11,341 nucleotides of DNA from Verrucomicrobiota bacterium (GCA_049510745.1 JBEKYR010000074.1:1-11341), one strand, 5' to 3'; positions 1-7,861 are shown, numbered from the stretch's first letter. Translations and numbers: made by a program. The notes: generated by a model from the letters alone, not told the origin.

Positions 1-11
1 CGACGGAAAAT

Positions 12-53
12 GTGTTCGGCGAGGCGCCGAACACGGCGGGCGAGGGCGCCCGC
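12..53. repeat. Tandem double hairpin (REP-like palindrome / possible terminator) downstream of dinB
   Basis: GTGTTCGGCG-agg-CGCCGAACAC (12-34, 10 bp) then GCGGGCG-aggg-CGCCCGC (36-53, 7 bp). Confidence 0.55.
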
Positions 54-103
54 GCTCCCCAAAACCCCTACGCCTCAGCGGCTACAGTTTTCATGAAATT
101 GCT

Positions 104-1177
104 CTAAAGCAGCGCCAGTTGCTGTCCGCTCGGCTCGCGCAGATTGCTGACCCCCAGTCCCAGCAACCGCAGCGGACGCGAAACCAGTTTGTCCCGGCCC
201 AGCAGGAAACAACCCAGCCGGTAAATGTCCGCCGCCTCGGTGATCGGTTCCTCGACGGAAATCTGGCGCGTGAGCGTGGTGAAATCACCGTAGCGCACCT
301 TCACCTGGACGGTGTGCGCTCCCAATCTTCTGTGTTTGAGCCGCGCCGAGATATCCGCCGCCTGTTCTCTCAGGCAGGCGCGCAGCACCTTCCGGTCGTC
401 GGTGTCTTTGAGAAACGTTTCTTCGTTGCTGATGCTCTTGATCTCGTCCCCAAGTTCCAGCGGACGGTCGTCTTCGCCGAACGCAAACTGCTTCAACTTC
501 GGCCCAAACGAACCGACCAAGGCCCGCAGATCGCCCGCGTAATCCTGCAAATCCCCAACCGTGACGATGCCCGCCCGGCCCAGCGTCTGTTCGGTGACTT
601 TGCCGACGCCGTAAAGCACCCGCGCCGGCAGCGGCCGCAAAAACAGCACCTTCTCCCGGTCAGAAATAACCGTCAGCCCGTCAGGTTTCTTGTGGTCGCT
701 GGCGATTTTGGCCAGCAGCTTGTTCGAGGCGATGCCGATGGTGGCGGTCAACTTGCGCTCGGACAGAATCCGCTCTTTCACGTGCCGCGCCAACGGCACG
801 GCCTTGAGCAGCGAGGCGTCCGCCTCCTCCGCCTGGCTGATGGCGGACACGTCGAGATACGCCTCGTCGATGGACATTGGCTCGACGACCGCGCCGGTCT
901 GGGCGGCAATCCGCATGATGTGCCGTGATTCTTCCCGGTAACGATCCATGTGCGGACGCACGAAAATGCCCTTGGGACAAAGCCGCCCCGCCGTCGCGCT
1001 GGGCATGGCGGAGCGGACGCCAAACTTCCGCGCCTCATAACTGGCGGCGCAGACCACCCCGCGCTGAGTCGGCGGCGCGCCGACGATCACCGGCCGTCCG
1101 CGCAGCCCTGGATCATCGCGCTGCTCCACGGAAGCGAAAAACGCATCCATATCCAAATGGAAAATCACCCGAAACAT
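104..1177 (-). CDS. dinB: DNA polymerase IV (Y-family)
   Basis: 357 aa; HLDMDAFFASVEQ, AASYEAR, SIDEAYLD, KLLAKIASD, GVGK motifs and C-terminal clamp-binding-like QQLALL. Confidence 0.97.
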   Translation of the reverse strand: MFRVIFHLDMDAFFASVEQRDDPGLRGRPVIVGAPPTQRGVVCAASYEARKFGVRSAMPSATAGRLCPKGIFVRPHMDRYREESRHIMRIAAQTGAVVEPMSIDEAYLDVSAISQAEEADASLLKAVPLARHVKERILSERKLTATIGIASNKLLAKIASDHKKPDGLTVISDREKVLFLRPLPARVLYGVGKVTEQTLGRAGIVTVGDLQDYAGDLRALVGSFGPKLKQFAFGEDDRPLELGDEIKSISNEETFLKDTDDRKVLRACLREQAADISARLKHRRLGAHTVQVKVRYGDFTTLTRQISVEEPITEAADIYRLGCFLLGRDKLVSRPLRLLGLGVSNLREPSGQQLALL

Positions 1178-1376
1178 CGCAAAGGGAGATTACCACGAAC
1201 GCTGGAAAGGCAGAAGACCCGTATGCGCGGCCCTTTCATTCTACCCGCGAATCACGCTGGCGGTTCATTTGAGCACAGAAGAATGCTGTTTCGGCCAAGG
1301 AAAGTGGAACAACCGCCAGAGCAAAAATTCTGGATTTGGAATGGCGAATCGGTTCGCGCCTCTGTAGCCTCGACCC

Positions 1377-1781
1377 ATGCTCCTAACGCTGACGACGAGG
1401 CACAGGCCAGCCACGGATACCTACCGAGACACAAGGCTTGGCGGTTTCGATGCGGCTGCCGTGGTGGACGTAATCGAGCATCTTCACCCGCCGCGGCTGG
1501 CTGCGTTCGAGCGCGTGCTTTTTGAATGCGCCAAGCCGAAAACCGTCGTCATCACGACGCCCAATCGTGAATACAATGTGAAATGGGAAACTCTCCCAGC
1601 CGGCAAGTTCCGCCACCGTGATCATCGCTTCGAGTGGACTCGCGAAGAATTTCAGGAATGGGCGCATCGTGTCGGAGCCCGATTCGGTTACGGCGTGCGT
1701 TTCGTTGCCGTTGGGCCAACTGATCCCGTCGTTGGTTCTCCAACGCAGATGGGAATATTTGAAACGAGTTTGCACCTATGA
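1377..1781 (+). pseudogene. hen1: Hen1 RNA 3'-terminal 2'-O-methyltransferase with large in-frame internal deletion
   Basis: Typical Hen1 N-terminus MLLTLTTRHRPATD joined directly to C-terminal TYRD...VIEHL...TTPNREYN...FRHRDHRFEWTR...PTQMGIF; only 134 aa, SAM-binding motif I absent. Confidence 0.88.
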
Positions 1782-2653
1782 AATCGAACGCACAATCGAC
1801 CGCCCGGCTTTGGGTTTTGCTTGCGCGTGACGCGCGCGTTGCCGCAATTCTCCGGCGCGGTCCTTCGCGTCAAGTGCAGTTGATAAAGTGGGATTTGAGG
1901 GACGACACATTTGAACATGGCCAGTGGTTCAAAGGACGCATTTATGAGAGGCGGTGTGATTTGTCGCCTGCAGGCGCCCTCCTGATCTATTTCGCAGCAA
2001 CTTACAAGCAGCCACTACAGTCCTGGACTGCCATAAGCAAAGTTCCGTGGTTTACGGCCGTTGCCATGTGGCCGAAAGGTGACGGTTGGAATGGCGGCGG
2101 GTACTTTGTTGGACCCTATGAAATCCATCTGGATCATTCGCAACGCGAAAGTTCGCCACACCCTCAATTTGTCAAGGGTTGTCGAAAAGTCCGCATCTCA
2201 TCATGGGCAACTGCCCGTGGTGAAGACGTACCAGTTTGGCACTTCCTTCTAAAGCGTGACGGCTGGTCACAAACTGCAATCGGGACTTGGGGCGAATATG
2301 GTGAAGCCAAAGGATACGCTTGGAAGGCGAAGACGCCCGAAGAATGGCGAAAGCCACATCCCAAATTGCCAATCCATCTGGAGATGAGAATTGAAGGGAT
2401 CGGCAGGAGGGGTGGGCCTTGGTATTTCATCAATTACCGCGTGGTCAATGACTCAAGCGCAATCGTGGAAGATCTCGGGATTGCTGACTGGGCAGAATGG
2501 GATCGAGACGGAAGTCTACTGTATGCCCGGGACGGGTGTCTTTTCCGGCGCAGATTTTTGAAGCATCAGTCAAAACCGGCGATACAACTTTGGGATTTCA
2601 ATGCGGCCAGGTTCGAGGCGATCGCACCGCCAGCGACAGCGAGAAAGCTTTGA
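1778..2653 (+). CDS. Hypothetical Trp/Gly-rich protein (possibly beta-propeller-like) in the hen1-pnkp operon
   Basis: 291-aa open frame, ATGA overlap with hen1 stop, ends 1 nt before pnkp ATG; DLSPAG and WAEWDRDGSLLY resemble TolB-like blade motifs (weak). Confidence 0.8.
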   Translation: MKSNAQSTARLWVLLARDARVAAILRRGPSRQVQLIKWDLRDDTFEHGQWFKGRIYERRCDLSPAGALLIYFAATYKQPLQSWTAISKVPWFTAVAMWPKGDGWNGGGYFVGPYEIHLDHSQRESSPHPQFVKGCRKVRISSWATARGEDVPVWHFLLKRDGWSQTAIGTWGEYGEAKGYAWKAKTPEEWRKPHPKLPIHLEMRIEGIGRRGGPWYFINYRVVNDSSAIVEDLGIADWAEWDRDGSLLYARDGCLFRRRFLKHQSKPAIQLWDFNAARFEAIAPPATARKL

Positions 2654-2654
2654 T

Positions 2655-3063
2655 ATGACCATTACCATCCCAGAGCTTTCATTCGTCGTCCTGATCGGCG
2701 TGTCCGGTTCCGGCAAAAGCACTTTCGCTCGAAAGCATTTTAAACCGACGGAGATTTTATCGTCCGATTATTGTCGCGGCTTGGTGTCGGACGACGAGAA
2801 CAGCCAGGCGGCGACAAAGGATGCTTTTGAGGTGTTGCAATTCATCGCCCGTAAACGGCTGGCGGCGGGGAAGCTTACCGTCGTGGATGCCACGAATGTG
2901 CAGCCGGAATCGCGCAAGCCGTTTGTGGCAATCGCCCGTGAGTTTCACTGCCTGCCGGCTGCTATTGTGCTGGATTTGCAGGAACGAACCGTTGCGCCGT
3001 GTTCATGAAGCCGTCTTTGGCGTGTTGGCTTTAGAAAGCGAGCCCGTTGACCCGCGGCTCTAT
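2655..3063 (+). pseudogene. pnkp: Polynucleotide kinase-phosphatase-ligase (Pnkp) with large internal deletion
   Basis: N-terminal kinase (GVSGSGKST, LSSDYCRGLVSDDENSQAAT, VVDATNVQ) to ~2987, then in another frame the Pnkp extreme C-terminus EPLRRVHEAVFGVLALESEPVDPRL (2986-3060). Confidence 0.9.
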
Positions 3064-3079
3064 TTCATCGTGAAGCAGA

Positions 3080-4510
3080 TCACCGCCCCGGCCGGCCTTT
3101 GCGGGCCACGCCGGTCTTGATCGCGGCTTCGGTCACGGCGGCGGCGACGCGTTGCACCACCTCCCGGTTGAAGACGCTGGGCACGATGTATTCGGGACTT
3201 AATTGCCGGGGCGCAATGCAGCCCGCGATGGCGCGCGCCGCGGCCAGCTTCATCGCTTCGTTGATGCGCCGGGCGCGCACGTTCAAGGCGCCCCGGAATA
3301 TCCCCGGAAACGCCAGCACGTTGTTGATTTGATTCGGATAATCGCTCCGGCCGGTCGCCACAATCCACGCCCTCGCGGCGGCTTCTTCCGGCATTATTTC
3401 GGGGGTCGGATTGGCCAGCGCAAATACAATCGGTTTGGCGGCCATGCAGCCCAGCGCCTTCGCCGCGATCAATCCCGGTCCGGAGACGCCGATCAAGACA
3501 TCCGCTTTCCGCAAGGCGTCCTTGATACTGCCGCGCAAGCCGCGGGGATTGGTGGCGGCCGCCAGTTGCCGCTTCGCTTCGTTCAAATCGGCGCGCGTGC
3601 GGCTGTGGAGAATCCCCTTCCGGTCGCAGACGACGATGTCTTTCACCCCTGCCTGCCGCAACATCGCGGCGATGGCGGTGCCGGCCGCGCCCGCTCCGAG
3701 AATCACGGTGCGCAGGCCGGCCAGTTTGCGGCCCGCCAGGCGCGAGGCGTTCAACAGCGCCGCCAGCACCACCACCGCCGTGCCGTGCTGGTCGTCGTGA
3801 AAAACGGGGATGTCCAGCCGTTCCTGCAAACGTTGCTCGATTTCAAAACAGCGCGGCGCGGAGATGTCTTCCAGGTTGATGCCGCCAAAGCCCACCGAAA
3901 AATTGGCCACGATGTTGATGATTTCGCCGGTGTCCTGAGTGCGCAGGCAGATGGGGTAGGCGTCGATGCCGGCAAATTCCTTGAACAACATGGCCTTGCC
4001 CTCCATGACCGGCATGGCGGCTTCCGGGCCGATGTTGCCCAGGCCCAGGACCGCCGAGCCGTCGCTGACCACGGCGACGGAATTGCCTTTGATCGTCAGT
4101 TGCCAGACTTTGGCGTGCTCCTCCGCAATCGCGGAACAAACCCGCGCGACGCCGGGTGTGTAAGCCATCGAGAGCGTGTCCCGCTTGGTCAGCGGCACTT
4201 TGTTCTGGATCGAAATTTTTCCGCCCAGGTGCAGGAGAAAAACCTGGTCCGAGACGTTGGCGACGGTGACTTCCTTGAGTTTGCGGATGGCCTGGACGAT
4301 GGCCTCCATGTGCTCGAAGTCGCGCGCCCGCACCGTGATGTCGCGCGTCATGCGCTTGGCGTCGGGGTTGACAATATCGACGGCGCCGAGGTCGCCGCCC
4401 TGGCGGCCGATGATGTGGGTGAGCCTGGCGAACATGCCGATGCGGTTGGGATAGGTCAGCCGCATGACGAAGCTGTAGCTGACGGAGGGAGGTGTTTTTG
4501 CGGAGGTCAT
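3080..4510 (-). CDS. NAD(P)-dependent malic enzyme with N-terminal ACT domain
   Basis: 476 aa; [70 protein letters not shown]. Confidence 0.95.
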   Translation of the reverse strand: MTSAKTPPSVSYSFVMRLTYPNRIGMFARLTHIIGRQGGDLGAVDIVNPDAKRMTRDITVRARDFEHMEAIVQAIRKLKEVTVANVSDQVFLLHLGGKISIQNKVPLTKRDTLSMAYTPGVARVCSAIAEEHAKVWQLTIKGNSVAVVSDGSAVLGLGNIGPEAAMPVMEGKAMLFKEFAGIDAYPICLRTQDTGEIINIVANFSVGFGGINLEDISAPRCFEIEQRLQERLDIPVFHDDQHGTAVVVLAALLNASRLAGRKLAGLRTVILGAGAAGTAIAAMLRQAGVKDIVVCDRKGILHSRTRADLNEAKRQLAAATNPRGLRGSIKDALRKADVLIGVSGPGLIAAKALGCMAAKPIVFALANPTPEIMPEEAAARAWIVATGRSDYPNQINNVLAFPGIFRGALNVRARRINEAMKLAAARAIAGCIAPRQLSPEYIVPSVFNREVVQRVAAAVTEAAIKTGVARKGRPGR

Positions 4511-4734
4511 AGTTTTATCAATATCTCCTGTCGTTTGGTGTCATGCTCAAGAGCGGTTCTTCCGCGGCCACGATGGTTTCATCCGCCCCGCCCTGGTCGC
4601 GGGGGCCTCTGAAGCCGGTCTCGTTCATGCGGACTTGATAGCCGGATCCGGCGCTGTTGACAAACGCAAAGTCTCTTTCGGAGCGCGGCCAGGTGGCTTG
4701 ATGAGGGAAAGGCGTCAGCGCGTGTGGCAGCACC

Positions 4735-5733
4735 TCATGGATGGCCGGGCTTCTGAGCAACCAGAACGGAGTTCATGCCCTCATCCTGGCGCGCCACCGC
4801 CGCACCGGCAAAGCCCGCTGCTTCGAGGTCTTCTCGCAATTCTTCGAAGGTGTATGTGCCGCCGCCCTCTGTTGCGACGAGCATGTTCACGGCAAACAAC
4901 GCGCCTGCCACCGGATGCGTGTGGGTCGGATGCATCAGGATATCGCGGATGACAATCCGGCCCGCCGGCATCAGCGCCTGGAATGCCTTGCCAAAGAGTT
5001 GGCGATTCTGCTTCCGGGAATTCTGGTGAACAATCGCACTGACCCATGCCAAGTCCGCGCCGGGCGGAAGCGGATCTGTCATGAAATCTCCCGCCACAAA
5101 CTTGACACGGGCTGCCTTTGCCTCTTCCGCCAGAAGACGCCGGGCCATGGGAATGACTTCCGGCAACTCGAACAGAATGGCTTTGGCCGCCGGACAGGCG
5201 CGGAGAAACGCCCGCGTCCAGGTGCCGGAGGCGCCACCGATATCCAGCAGGGTGCGGAACTGGAGCGGTTGGATGCTTGCAATTAACTGATCGGCCACCG
5301 GAGCCGAAACGTTGTGCATCGCCCCGATGAACGCTTCCTGGTCGCTCTTCTCGCCACGCACACTGGGGGATCGCTCGGCGGGTTGGCCGGTCTTGACGAC
5401 CCTGGCCAACTGGACCCATCGGCGCAGGCAGTTGGCCTGGTGCTGGGCCATGGCGAGTATGCTGTGCGGGCCGGAGGCCGTGAGACAAGCATCCGCTCCG
5501 GGAGAGAGGGAGTAGCGATCCGCCTTCTTCACCAAAAGCTGCAGGGCGGTCAGCGCATCGAGCAAAATCGTCAAGCCGCGAGGATCGCAAGAGAGTCTGC
5601 GCGCAAGGACGGGGGCCGTGAGCGCTTCGGAGGCGAGGGCGCTAAAAAGATCCAGGTCCGCCGCGGCAGCCAAAACCGCGGCGCCATGGTAGCCTCGGGC
5701 CAACTCCAACAACCCGTCTGCATTCCAGTTCAT
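4735..5733 (-). CDS. SAM-dependent O-methyltransferase (class I, N-terminal dimerisation domain)
   Basis: 332 aa; LLDIGGASG motif I, FVAGDF, N-terminal AAADLDLF winged-helix region. Confidence 0.9.
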   Translation of the reverse strand: MNWNADGLLELARGYHGAAVLAAAADLDLFSALASEALTAPVLARRLSCDPRGLTILLDALTALQLLVKKADRYSLSPGADACLTASGPHSILAMAQHQANCLRRWVQLARVVKTGQPAERSPSVRGEKSDQEAFIGAMHNVSAPVADQLIASIQPLQFRTLLDIGGASGTWTRAFLRACPAAKAILFELPEVIPMARRLLAEEAKAARVKFVAGDFMTDPLPPGADLAWVSAIVHQNSRKQNRQLFGKAFQALMPAGRIVIRDILMHPTHTHPVAGALFAVNMLVATEGGGTYTFEELREDLEAAGFAGAAVARQDEGMNSVLVAQKPGHP

Positions 5734-5882
5734 TGTAGTTCAAAGCATGCCGCCGCGAACCGGTCAGGCGCGACATAAATCTGACGAGCGTTTCCAAGAG
5801 TCTGGAGCGACCGAGGGCCGCCATAATAAGGTCCGCATCAACCAATCCGAATATGTGAATTCGAGATCAATCTGCCCCGCCC

Positions 5883-5945
5883 GCAAAATATTTGTAAAAT
5901 TTGCAAAATATTTCTTGCATGTAACCAGTGACATGTGCTATACGT
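5883..5945 (+). promoter_or_regulatory. Putative sigma70-type promoter of the tRNA array with AT-rich UP region and internal operator-like palindrome
   Basis: TTGCAT (5915-5920), TGn-TATACG (5936-5944), repeated GCAAAATATTT upstream, CATGTAAC-ca-GTGACATG (5918-5935). Confidence 0.55.
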
Positions 5946-5956
5946 CTTTAAGTTCG

Positions 5957-6127
5957 ATGAAGACTTGCTTAAACATATCAGCCACGAGTTGGCCGACGAT
6001 GGCGGTCGCGAAAGCGACACGTCATAGCCGGTACACCCAAGGCTATGTGTTTAGCCTTGGACTATCCTTGGCATCCATCGGGAAACAGCCCGAGGGTAAT
6101 TTGGATAGACACGGTGTAGGCAGGTAA
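5957..6127 (+). CDS. Putative attenuator leader peptide (56 aa)
   Basis: ATG just downstream of predicted -10; stop 21 nt before terminator; all 20 amino acids and 46 distinct codons; last codons complementary to terminator 5' arm. Confidence 0.65.
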   Translation: MKTCLNISATSWPTMAVAKATRHSRYTQGYVFSLGLSLASIGKQPEGNLDRHGVGR

Positions 6128-6148
6128 CGAATCGAAACAGAATTTTTC

Positions 6149-6185
6149 ACCCTGCTTACCCCGCGTAGGCAGGGTTTTTTATTTT
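6149..6185 (+). terminator. Intrinsic terminator (attenuator) ahead of the tRNA array
   Basis: ACCCTGCTTAC-cccgc-GTAGGCAGGGT 11-bp stem (one G:U) followed by TTTTTATTTT. Confidence 0.88.
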
Positions 6186-6474
6186 CCCTGTATGACTGAG
6201 ACGAGAATGGCAGATAACGAAAGACGAACGATCTGTGAACAAGAATAGAGCGACATCCAGGTGATGTCTTTTGGTGACAATTTGAATTTGGCGAGGACGA
6301 GCAGAGAAGCCTCACCGGTGGGGTCTGCCCACGACCAGAAGACAGCGTCACCAAGACGAACGAGACGAATTTTAGATTTACAAATTAAGGGCTTCGCAGG
6401 AGGTGTGCCCCTAAACACCGAAACAGCCGCCGTGAAACCGCGGGTTGGGATCGAATAGATCGCCAAGAGGTGTT

Positions 6475-6490
6475 TGTTCTTTGTTGAAAT
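6475..6490 (+). promoter_or_regulatory. boxA-like antitermination motif
   Basis: TGTTCTTTG directly upstream of the first tRNA-like element; resembles rrn boxA TGCTCTTT. Confidence 0.45.
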
Positions 6491-6495
6491 GGCAT

Positions 6496-6559
6496 GGGCC
6501 GGGAGCAATTCAAGTGCAGAATGCAAAATGCAGAGTGCGGAATCCTCTCCCGGCCCCCA
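6496..6559 (+). pseudogene. tRNA-like remnant, anticodon arm replaced by heptamer repeats
   Basis: GGGCCGGG/CCCGGCCC stem ending CCA, D-like GCA-attcaag-TGC, T-like AGAG-tgcggaatc-CTCT; centre is AGAATGCAAAATGC. Confidence 0.4.
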
Positions 6560-6597
6560 ATTTTTCCACTACAAAGCGCCGAATGAAGAATCAAGAA

Positions 6598-6960
6598 TCA
6601 CCCACTGGATTCCTGGTTACGCCGTGCCGTATTAATCGAGGAGATGGCGATGGCAACGAGTTCATTGGCCTCGCGCAGCAGGTCGGCGGCGTTTGTGTTT
6701 GCCTTGCCCGACTCCCGCAACAACTCAATCCAATAGGCAGATTCATCAGCCTCTTCGAGCACTGTCCCCATTTTGGAGATGAAGTCGGCTTTGGACTTGG
6801 CGCGACAGGCAGCGCGATAGTTCGCCCCAACCGAGCATCCGGATCGAAGCAGCTGTCGCCCAAGGGTTTTGCCTATGTCGTCCTTTGGCAGACTTTCGCA
6901 GAATTTCATCACTTTGAGCGCAAAATGTTTCGTTCGAAGTTGTAGATTCTCGTGTTTCAT
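6598..6960 (-). CDS. Four-helix bundle protein (23S rRNA intervening-sequence protein-like family)
   Basis: 120 aa; LGRQLLRSGCSVGANYRAACRAKSKADFISKMGTVLEEADESAYWIELL signature; flanked by inverted heptamer repeats. Confidence 0.92.
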   Translation of the reverse strand: MKHENLQLRTKHFALKVMKFCESLPKDDIGKTLGRQLLRSGCSVGANYRAACRAKSKADFISKMGTVLEEADESAYWIELLRESGKANTNAADLLREANELVAIAISSINTARRNQESSG

Positions 6961-7003
6961 TATTTGAACTCTGCACTCTGCATTCCAAACTTTCAACTTC
7001 AAA

Positions 7004-7075
7004 AGGCTGAGCGTCAGCACGCGGCCGAGTCTCCAAAACTCAGCTTACTCCGGGCGGCACGGAGGCAGCCTGCCA
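7004..7075 (+). tRNA. trnW: tRNA-Trp(CCA), atypical
   Basis: AGGCTG/CAGCCT acceptor, G73, CCA; GAGT-ctCCAaa-ACTC; T arm CTCCG-ggcggca-CGGAG; short D arm. Confidence 0.7.
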
Positions 7076-7081
7076 TTTTCC

Positions 7082-7156
7082 GGGGTCGTGGCAGACAAGC
7101 AATGCACTTGCCTTGCAAGCAAGTTTATATGGGAGCGTTACCCATCGACTCCACCA
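7082..7156 (+). tRNA. trnA: tRNA-Ala(TGC)
   Basis: GGGGTCG/CGACTCC with G3:U70, A73, CCA; CTTGC-ctTGCaa-GCAAG; T loop AGCGTTA. Confidence 0.9.
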
Positions 7157-7256
7157 GCCTTCGCCCGCTGCGTGTCAGCGGGCGAAGGCTGCCCGCCATA
7201 GCTTTAGCGACGGCGGGCCTTATCGTTCATCCTGCGCGGCTACGGCTGGCAGGCCA
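7157..7256. repeat. REP-like spacer module
   Basis: Starts GCCTTCGC directly after CCA, nested hairpins, ends GCTACGGCTGGCAGGCCA. Confidence 0.75.
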
Positions 7257-7262
7257 TTTCAC

Positions 7263-7340
7263 TGCGGGGAACTCGACTAAAGCACAGAGGACGGTCTCAT
7301 AAACCGTTTGAGGCAGGTGTGATTCCTGCCCCCGCTACCA
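7263..7340 (+). tRNA. trnM: tRNA-Met(CAT), initiator-like acceptor
   Basis: TGCGGGG/CCCCGCT with 1:72 mismatch, A73, CCA; ACGGT-ctCATaa-ACCGT; T loop TGTGATT. Confidence 0.85.
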
Positions 7341-7346
7341 ATTTCC

Positions 7347-7434
7347 GGGAAGTGATCCGGCTGCCGGTCTGTAAAACCGGTGTCTTCAAACAAGCTGGAA
7401 GCGACGACTGGAGCATTACCAGCACTTCCCACCA
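7347..7434 (+). tRNA. trnY: tRNA-Tyr(GTA), D-armless, 8/4-type fold
   Basis: GGGAAGTG/CACTTCCC, A73, CCA; CCGGT-ctGTAaa-ACCGG; 27-nt variable region; CTGG-agcatta-CCAG. Confidence 0.75.
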
Positions 7435-7535
7435 GCCTTCGCCGCCGCGTAGCGGGGGGCAAAGGCTGCCGCGCCGTAGCTTTAGCGAAGGCGGGCTTTA
7501 TGCACCGTCCTGAGCGGCTACGGCTCGGCAAGCCA
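7435..7535. repeat. REP-like spacer module
   Basis: GCCTTCGC...CGCCGTAGCTTTAGCGAAGGCG...GCTACGGCTCGGCAAGCCA; same layout as 7157-7256. Confidence 0.75.
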
Positions 7536-7539
7536 TTTC

Positions 7540-7619
7540 GGACTCGTAGCTCAATCAGTCCCGACGAGTCGGGATTGTCTGCGGGAGGGTTGAGGGTGCA
7601 ACTCCCTTCGGGTCCGCCA
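7540..7619 (+). pseudogene. trnD: tRNA-Asp(GTC)-derived gene disrupted by a small palindrome
   Basis: GGACTCG/CGGGTCC, G73, CCA, T arm intact, GTC at 7577-7579; D-stem 3' strand and anticodon 5' strand replaced by GTCCCGAC-ga-GTCGGGAT. Confidence 0.65.
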
Positions 7620-7620
7620 T

Positions 7621-7695
7621 CAGCGCGTAGTGTAGGAGCAACATGCTTGGCCTGGGACCAAGTGACCGCAGGTGCAAGTCCTGCCGCGCTGACCA
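7621..7695 (+). tRNA. trnP: tRNA-Pro(TGG), C33
   Basis: CAGCGCG/CGCGCTG (C1:G72), A73, CCA; CTTGG-ccTGGga-CCAAG; T loop TGCAAGT. Confidence 0.88.
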
Positions 7696-7702
7696 TTTCG
7701 AC

Positions 7703-7778
7703 GCTGCCGTGGCCGAACATATCAGGCATCCGTCTTCTAAGCGGATAGATGCAGGTGAGAATCCTGCCGGCAGCGCCA
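7703..7778 (+). tRNA. trnR: tRNA-Arg(TCT)
   Basis: GCTGCCG/CGGCAGC, CCA; TCCGT-ctTCTaa-GCGGA; T loop TGAGAAT. Confidence 0.88.
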
Positions 7779-7779
7779 T

Positions 7780-7854
7780 TGCCAGGTGGTGTCAAAGTAG
7801 CACGGCGGCCTGTTAAGCCGCGAGGTGTTGGTGCAAGTCCAACTCTGGCAGCCA
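7780..7854 (+). tRNA. trnN: tRNA-Asn(GTT)
   Basis: TGCCAGG/TCTGGCA (U1:A72), G73, CCA; GCGGC-ctGTTaa-GCCGC. Confidence 0.9.
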
Positions 7855-7861
7855 ATTTTAC

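Noticed and set aside
119..928. 269-aa + strand ORF (likewise 3203-4612 and 4781-5590)
   Set aside because: Shadow frames of well-supported GC-rich genes (dinB, malic enzyme, methyltransferase) with no recognisable motifs.
5747..5956. Upstream extension of the leader ORF to 126 aa
   Set aside because: Runs through the AT-rich promoter region; ATG 5957 fits the predicted promoter better.
6192..6248. 18-codon ORF MTETRMADNERRTICEQE after the terminator
   Set aside because: No RBS, too short to support, and lies in the likely structured RNA leader.
6598..6960. Diversity-generating retroelement (Avd-like four-helix bundle plus 82-bp repeats as TR/VR)
   Set aside because: No reverse transcriptase in the window, and repeat mismatches are not confined to adenines of one copy.
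7277..7855. ORFs over the tRNA array (also 7380-7748, 10225-10965, 10521-11045)
   Set aside because: They overlap clear cloverleaf genes and palindromic repeats and are best explained as spurious translations.
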